Under the pieces are notes generated by a model. The model saw only the letters and a list, made by a program, of their open reading frames with translations, searched no databases and was not told the DNA's origin. From an uncultured Chloroflexia bacterium (GTDB lineage Bacteria > Chloroflexota > Limnocylindria > Limnocylindrales > CSP1-4), in NCBI GenBank assembly GCA_963766655.1, contig CAVYBB010000001.1, positions 44,306 to 108,305 on the forward strand: a stretch of DNA of 64,000 nt, given 5' to 3'. Shown here piece by piece: positions 60,035 to 64,000 of the stretch (its first letter is position 1; the number at the start of each line of letters is the position of its first letter). The position numbers and the translations under genes were made by a program.

Positions 60035-60897
60035 GGCGACTTCTCCTTCGCCTCTACCCCAAGCGCTGGCGGGATCGCTACGAAGAGGAATTTCGCGCAC
60101 TTCTTGATGAGCGCCCTCTCGGCCCTTCGGATGTCGCCGATGTTCTCTGCGGAGCCGTCGACGCCCATCGCCGTGGCGGCGCGAAGAGGAGCGTCATCGC
60201 CGATGAAAGGGGACCGCTCGTGACGACGCGCACGTGGGGATATGCGGCTATCGCCGGCGGCCCGCTCTGGTCCGCTGGCCTGTTCGGAGTCACCTTCGAT
60301 CCCTCGGGGCGTCCCTGGGCGATCAGCACCATGTTCGGGATGGCCCCTTGGCCGTGGCCGTGGGTCGTGGCGATGCTCGCCGGCATGCTGCTCCTCCTCG
60401 TCGCGATCGTCGGCCTCAGTGCAATCCAGGCCCGCGAGCACCCGCGCCTGATCTGGGCGTCCGTCGTGACGGCCGGGATCGGCATCCTGCTGCCAGTGGC
60501 CGGTCTGGTCGGTGTCCAGGCATTCGGAAACCGAACCTCGATCTTCGAGGCCACCGCGCTCGACTCCGCCTGGACCATGTGGTCGCTCGGGCTGCTGACG
60601 CTCCTGACCGGCTCGGCGATGTTCGCCTGCGCCACGTGGCGTGCCCGGGTGTTCTCACGATTCGCCGCTCTGATCATCCTCGCCGCCTCGGTTCTGATGC
60701 TCGGGACGATCCTGGGTGGTACCACGAACACGACAGCCGGGCTGATGAAGGCCTCATGGTGGCTCGGGTTGTTCTTCGTGGAGCTCGCCGCGTTCGGTGC
60801 CGGCTGGGTCGCGCTCGGCTGGAGGGCCACGCAGAGCCTCGGGCCGACGGTGCCGCGGAGCTCCGTGACGGACGCCGGTGGGCGCCTACCTGGTTGA
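60031..60897 (+). CDS. PadR-associated integral membrane protein
   Basis: Overlaps the PadR stop. LYPKRWRDRYEEEF N-terminus typical of PadR-linked membrane partners, with multiple TM segments. Confidence 0.6.
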   Translation: MRRLLLRLYPKRWRDRYEEEFRALLDERPLGPSDVADVLCGAVDAHRRGGAKRSVIADERGPLVTTRTWGYAAIAGGPLWSAGLFGVTFDPSGRPWAISTMFGMAPWPWPWVVAMLAGMLLLLVAIVGLSAIQAREHPRLIWASVVTAGIGILLPVAGLVGVQAFGNRTSIFEATALDSAWTMWSLGLLTLLTGSAMFACATWRARVFSRFAALIILAASVLMLGTILGGTTNTTAGLMKASWWLGLFFVELAAFGAGWVALGWRATQSLGPTVPRSSVTDAGGRLPG

Positions 60898-61653
60898 CGC
60901 TGAGGGCGCCTGCTCGCCCGAGGCGACCATCGCCCGGAGGCTTGGTTCGAGCTCCTCGGTGACCCGGTAGGTGCAGCTCCGGTCGCCCGTTGCGATGTGC
61001 GTCTCCCTGACGACGTTCGCCCCGAGAACGTCACGGAAGAGGTCGAGTTCCGCCTCGCACGGAAGAGCGCTCTGGGCCGCGATCCCGATGATCGCGCAAT
61101 TGCACTGGTGGAGGCGGATCGTCCCATCCTCGCCGACGCTCGCGCTCGAGAGGTAGCCCTGTTCGTCCTGGATGACCGCGAGCTCGCGGACCTTGGCTTC
61201 GAGGGTCGCGTTCGAGGGCAGGCGCTCATCGAGCCGGCTCCGGACCTGGGTCGCGATCAGCTCGCGGCGGACCGCGAAGACGCGGGCGACGAGCTCGTCG
61301 CCGCCGACGGTCCCGACCGCGGCGAGAAGGCCCGCGGCAAGGGCGTCGTAGTTCGATGGAAAGACGATCTGGGCGTCGGCCGTCAGGTCGTAGAGGTGCC
61401 GCGGTCGCCCAACGCCGTGGCGGACGGTCCGCCGATCGACCAGACCGGCTGCCTGGAGGGAGCGGAGCTGTTGGAGGATGCCGGTCCGGCTGGCCCCGAG
61501 CGCCGTCGCGAGCTGTTCCGGCGAGCTGGGCCCGTCGCGGCGAAGCTGAACGAGGATCTCCCGGCGGAGGCCGAATGCGCCGGCTTGAGCCGGGTCGTGT
61601 CCATTGCGCGGCGACCGGTGGGTCGGCGACGCCTGGGAGTCCAGCGCAGGCAT
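60886..61653 (-). CDS. winged-helix (ArsR/SufR-like) regulator with a Cys-containing C-terminal domain
   Basis: ATG 61653. HTH SPEQLATALGASRTGILQQLRSLQAAGLV. C-terminal HQCNCAI...PCEAE...SCTY. Confidence 0.65.
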   Translation of the reverse strand: MPALDSQASPTHRSPRNGHDPAQAGAFGLRREILVQLRRDGPSSPEQLATALGASRTGILQQLRSLQAAGLVDRRTVRHGVGRPRHLYDLTADAQIVFPSNYDALAAGLLAAVGTVGGDELVARVFAVRRELIATQVRSRLDERLPSNATLEAKVRELAVIQDEQGYLSSASVGEDGTIRLHQCNCAIIGIAAQSALPCEAELDLFRDVLGANVVRETHIATGDRSCTYRVTEELEPSLRAMVASGEQAPSASTR

Positions 61654-61729
61654 GGCGGCAAGGCTAACACTCGCGCCCCCGCACCGCAGGATGTCGCAGA
61701 TCGGTGGGTCCATGGGGTAACCTCGGCCG

Positions 61730-62896
61730 ATGGATTTCGATCTCTCCCCGGAGCATGAGCTGCTGCGCCGGACGATCCGCGACTTCATGGTCAGGGAGGT
61801 CGCCCCGGTCGTCGACGAGCACGAGCGCGCGCGCCGGTTCCCGGTCGATATCGTTCACCGCCTCGGCGAGATGGGCTGGCTCGGCATCCCGATTCCGGAG
61901 GACGAAGGCGGCGCCGGCCTTGACACGCTCGCCTATGCAATCGCGATCGAGGAGATCGGCCGCGTGTGGGGCTCGCTCGGGCTGATCGTTGCCGCCCACA
62001 CGAGCCTCGGCTGCGGGCCGATCCACCTGGCAGGCACCGCGGAGCAGAAGCAGCGCTTCCTCGTCCCGATGGCGTCCGGCAATGTGCTCGGCGCCTACGG
62101 CCTTACCGAGCCCGAGGCCGGCTCCGACGCGGGCGGGACGCGGACGACCGCTCGCCACGAACCCGGTCTGGACGGCGGGTCATGGGTGATCGACGGCGGC
62201 AAGCGGTTCATCACGAACGCCGGCCGCGCCGGGACCTACGTCGTCACGGCCCGCACCGGCGAGACGGCCAAGGGCGACGCGGAGATCAGCGCCTTCATCG
62301 TTCCTGCCGACACGCCCGGCTTCAGCGTCGGCCGGCTGGAAGAAAAGCTCGGCCTTCACGCGTCGGCGACCGGCGAGCTGATCTTCTCGGGCGCCCGCGT
62401 ACCGGCGGCAAACATGCTCGGCCCGCAGGGCGACGGCTTCCGGACGTTCCTCAAGATTCTCGACGGCGGCAGGGTTTCGATCGGCTCGCTCGCGGTCGGC
62501 CTCGCCCAGGCGGCGCTGGACGCCTCGATCCCGTACGCCCAGACGCGCGAGCAGTTCGGCCGCCCGATCGGCAGCTTCCAGGGCGTCGCATTCATGGTGG
62601 CCGACATGGCGACGGAGATCGAAGCTGCCCGCCAGATGGTTTGGCGGGCAGCCTGGCTCAAGGACCAGGGTCGCGACTACAGCCTCGCGGCGGCCCAGGC
62701 CAAGCTGTTCGCCTCGGAGGTCAGCTCACGGGCGACGAACAACGGGATCCAGATCCACGGCGGCTACGGCTACGTGGAGGAGTACAAGGTCGAGCGCTTC
62801 ATGCGGGACGCAAAGCTGACCGAGATCGGCGAGGGGACGAGCCAGGTCCAGCGGCTCGTCATCGCCCGAAGGATCCTCGGACTGCGCGTCGTCTGA
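61730..62896 (+). CDS. acyl-CoA dehydrogenase
   Basis: 388 aa. YGLTEPEAGSD and QIHGGYGY motifs. Confidence 0.9.
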   Translation: MDFDLSPEHELLRRTIRDFMVREVAPVVDEHERARRFPVDIVHRLGEMGWLGIPIPEDEGGAGLDTLAYAIAIEEIGRVWGSLGLIVAAHTSLGCGPIHLAGTAEQKQRFLVPMASGNVLGAYGLTEPEAGSDAGGTRTTARHEPGLDGGSWVIDGGKRFITNAGRAGTYVVTARTGETAKGDAEISAFIVPADTPGFSVGRLEEKLGLHASATGELIFSGARVPAANMLGPQGDGFRTFLKILDGGRVSIGSLAVGLAQAALDASIPYAQTREQFGRPIGSFQGVAFMVADMATEIEAARQMVWRAAWLKDQGRDYSLAAAQAKLFASEVSSRATNNGIQIHGGYGYVEEYKVERFMRDAKLTEIGEGTSQVQRLVIARRILGLRVV

Positions 62897-62993
62897 CCCC
62901 GAGACAAACCACGCCGAACGGGGTGTAGCATCGCTCGCGTTCAGTCGGAACGCCGCCCGCAGGGTGCCGTTCGCATGGTGAGGAGGGACCACG

Positions 62994-63548
62994 ATGCACA
63001 AGCAGGTCACGGCCCTGGTGTCCGCGGGCAGCTCGCCCGGCAAGCTCGCCCTGTTCGGCAAGGCGCTCGGCGACAACGACCTCGACATCGAGAAGATCGG
63101 GGGCGCCGAATGGCTCCATGACGGAGCCCTGACGATGATCTTCAAAGAGGACGGGGCCGAAGCGATGCGGCGCTTCGCGGCGGTCTGCCACAAGCACCAG
63201 GTGCCGTGGCTCAGCTTTGCCATCGTCGCGGTCGAGCTTGACGACGTCCAGGGGTCGCTGGGAGCGGCGGCCGAGGCGGTCGGCGACATCAACATCTACT
63301 CGGTCTTGGTCCTCGAGCCGACCGAATACAAGGCTGTCGTCGGACTCGGGATCCGGCCCTCCGAGGCCGACGAGGTCGTGCGCCGCCTCGAGGCGGCGAA
63401 CTACGTCGCGAGGGTCCTTCACCATCCGACGGAGCAGGATGACGGGATCCAACTGGACGAGCGGACCGAGAGCCTCCTGCCGCTCTGGGACGATCCCGCC
63501 ACGGCGAAGGACGACCCGCGGTTCTGGCAGATGGCGAGCGGGAGCTAG
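62994..63548 (+). CDS. hypothetical protein (possibly tandem ACT-like fold)
   Basis: 184-aa ORF with protein-like composition. Family not recognised. Confidence 0.45.
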   Translation: MHKQVTALVSAGSSPGKLALFGKALGDNDLDIEKIGGAEWLHDGALTMIFKEDGAEAMRRFAAVCHKHQVPWLSFAIVAVELDDVQGSLGAAAEAVGDINIYSVLVLEPTEYKAVVGLGIRPSEADEVVRRLEAANYVARVLHHPTEQDDGIQLDERTESLLPLWDDPATAKDDPRFWQMASGS

Positions 63549-63655
63549 CCGGGCGACCCGCCGAGGGAGGACCGATGGGACGAGCCGGATCGCCCGGCTC
63601 GTCCCGCCTTCGACAAACCCGAGGATCCGCCCCGGCGATCGCCGGCTCTACCAGC

Positions 63656-64000
63656 TCAGACGGCCGAATGATCAGCCTGGCGTGATGCCTCGGTGACCTG
63701 ACCCGCCCCGACGCGGACCGCGATCGTCGCCGCCTCGACCCGGTTGTTCACGCCCAGCTTGTCGAGGATATGGGTGACGTGGACGCTCGCCGTCTTCGGG
63801 CTGATGTAGAGGGTGTCGGCGATCTCGGCATTCGACCGGCCGGCGGCCACGAGCTCGAGGACCTCCCACTCGCGAGCCGAGAGGCCGAGGATCTTCGCCG
63901 GATCGGCCTGCCCGACAGCGATCCCGACCTCCTCATCGGCCGGTGTGGCGGCCGGTGGCGCGGGCGCGTCGAGGAGGATCCGCGACCGTGTCGCGATCGC
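63656..64000 (-). CDS. LuxR-family HTH protein, C-terminal part (N-terminus lies beyond the window)
   Basis: LSAREWEVLELVAAGRSNAEIADTLYISPKTASVHVTHILDKLGV. The frame stays open to the window edge. Confidence 0.7.
   Translation of the reverse strand, partial: AIATRSRILLDAPAPPAATPADEEVGIAVGQADPAKILGLSAREWEVLELVAAGRSNAEIADTLYISPKTASVHVTHILDKLGVNNRVEAATIAVRVGAGQVTEASRQADHSAV

Overview
By eye this is a GC-rich bacterial chromosomal segment; I computed nothing. F420-type enzymes, an LCP protein with Pro/Thr linkers, and sugar ABC operons without their own ATPase suggest an Actinomycetota-like lineage, but that is inference.

Gene content, in order:
- A metal locus: CDF exporter, cupredoxin, TetR, YHS protein, and a CopB-like P-type ATPase that is heavily frameshifted.
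- A histidine kinase with two response regulators.
- A sugar-uptake and sugar-acid catabolism cluster: ABC transporter, LacI, enolase-superfamily enzyme, aldo/keto reductase.
- glnS bracketed by two tRNA-Gln genes.
- LCP, dps, and metX-metY.
- A TPP riboswitch in front of a decayed ThiY/ThiX-like transporter.
- A run of broken genes: aldehyde dehydrogenase, LLM oxidoreductase, mutY, ECF sigma factor.
- nnrE and glpD.
- A 2-oxoacid dehydrogenase operon (E3, E1 alpha, E1 beta, E2) followed by lipA.
- One IS481-family element, then adenosine deaminase, an ABC-2 exporter with TetR, PadR, and an acyl-CoA dehydrogenase.

I did not recognise a classical multi-gene defence, CRISPR, retron or toxin-antitoxin system.

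The observations most worth following up are:
1. The tRNA-Gln(CUG) - glnS - tRNA-Gln(CUG) module.
2. A three-copy intergenic repeat family that sits directly after stop codons. It has conserved hairpins, and two copies carry a decayed tRNA-Gln-like segment.
3. Strongly clustered single-nucleotide frameshifts. About 15 genes are broken, while long neighbouring genes are intact.
4. An intrinsic terminator inside the metY leader, which points to an unclassified riboswitch, attenuator or sRNA.
5. A G-rich 15-bp tandem repeat next to that leader.

All coordinates and alignments were done by eye from the sequence and the ORF track.
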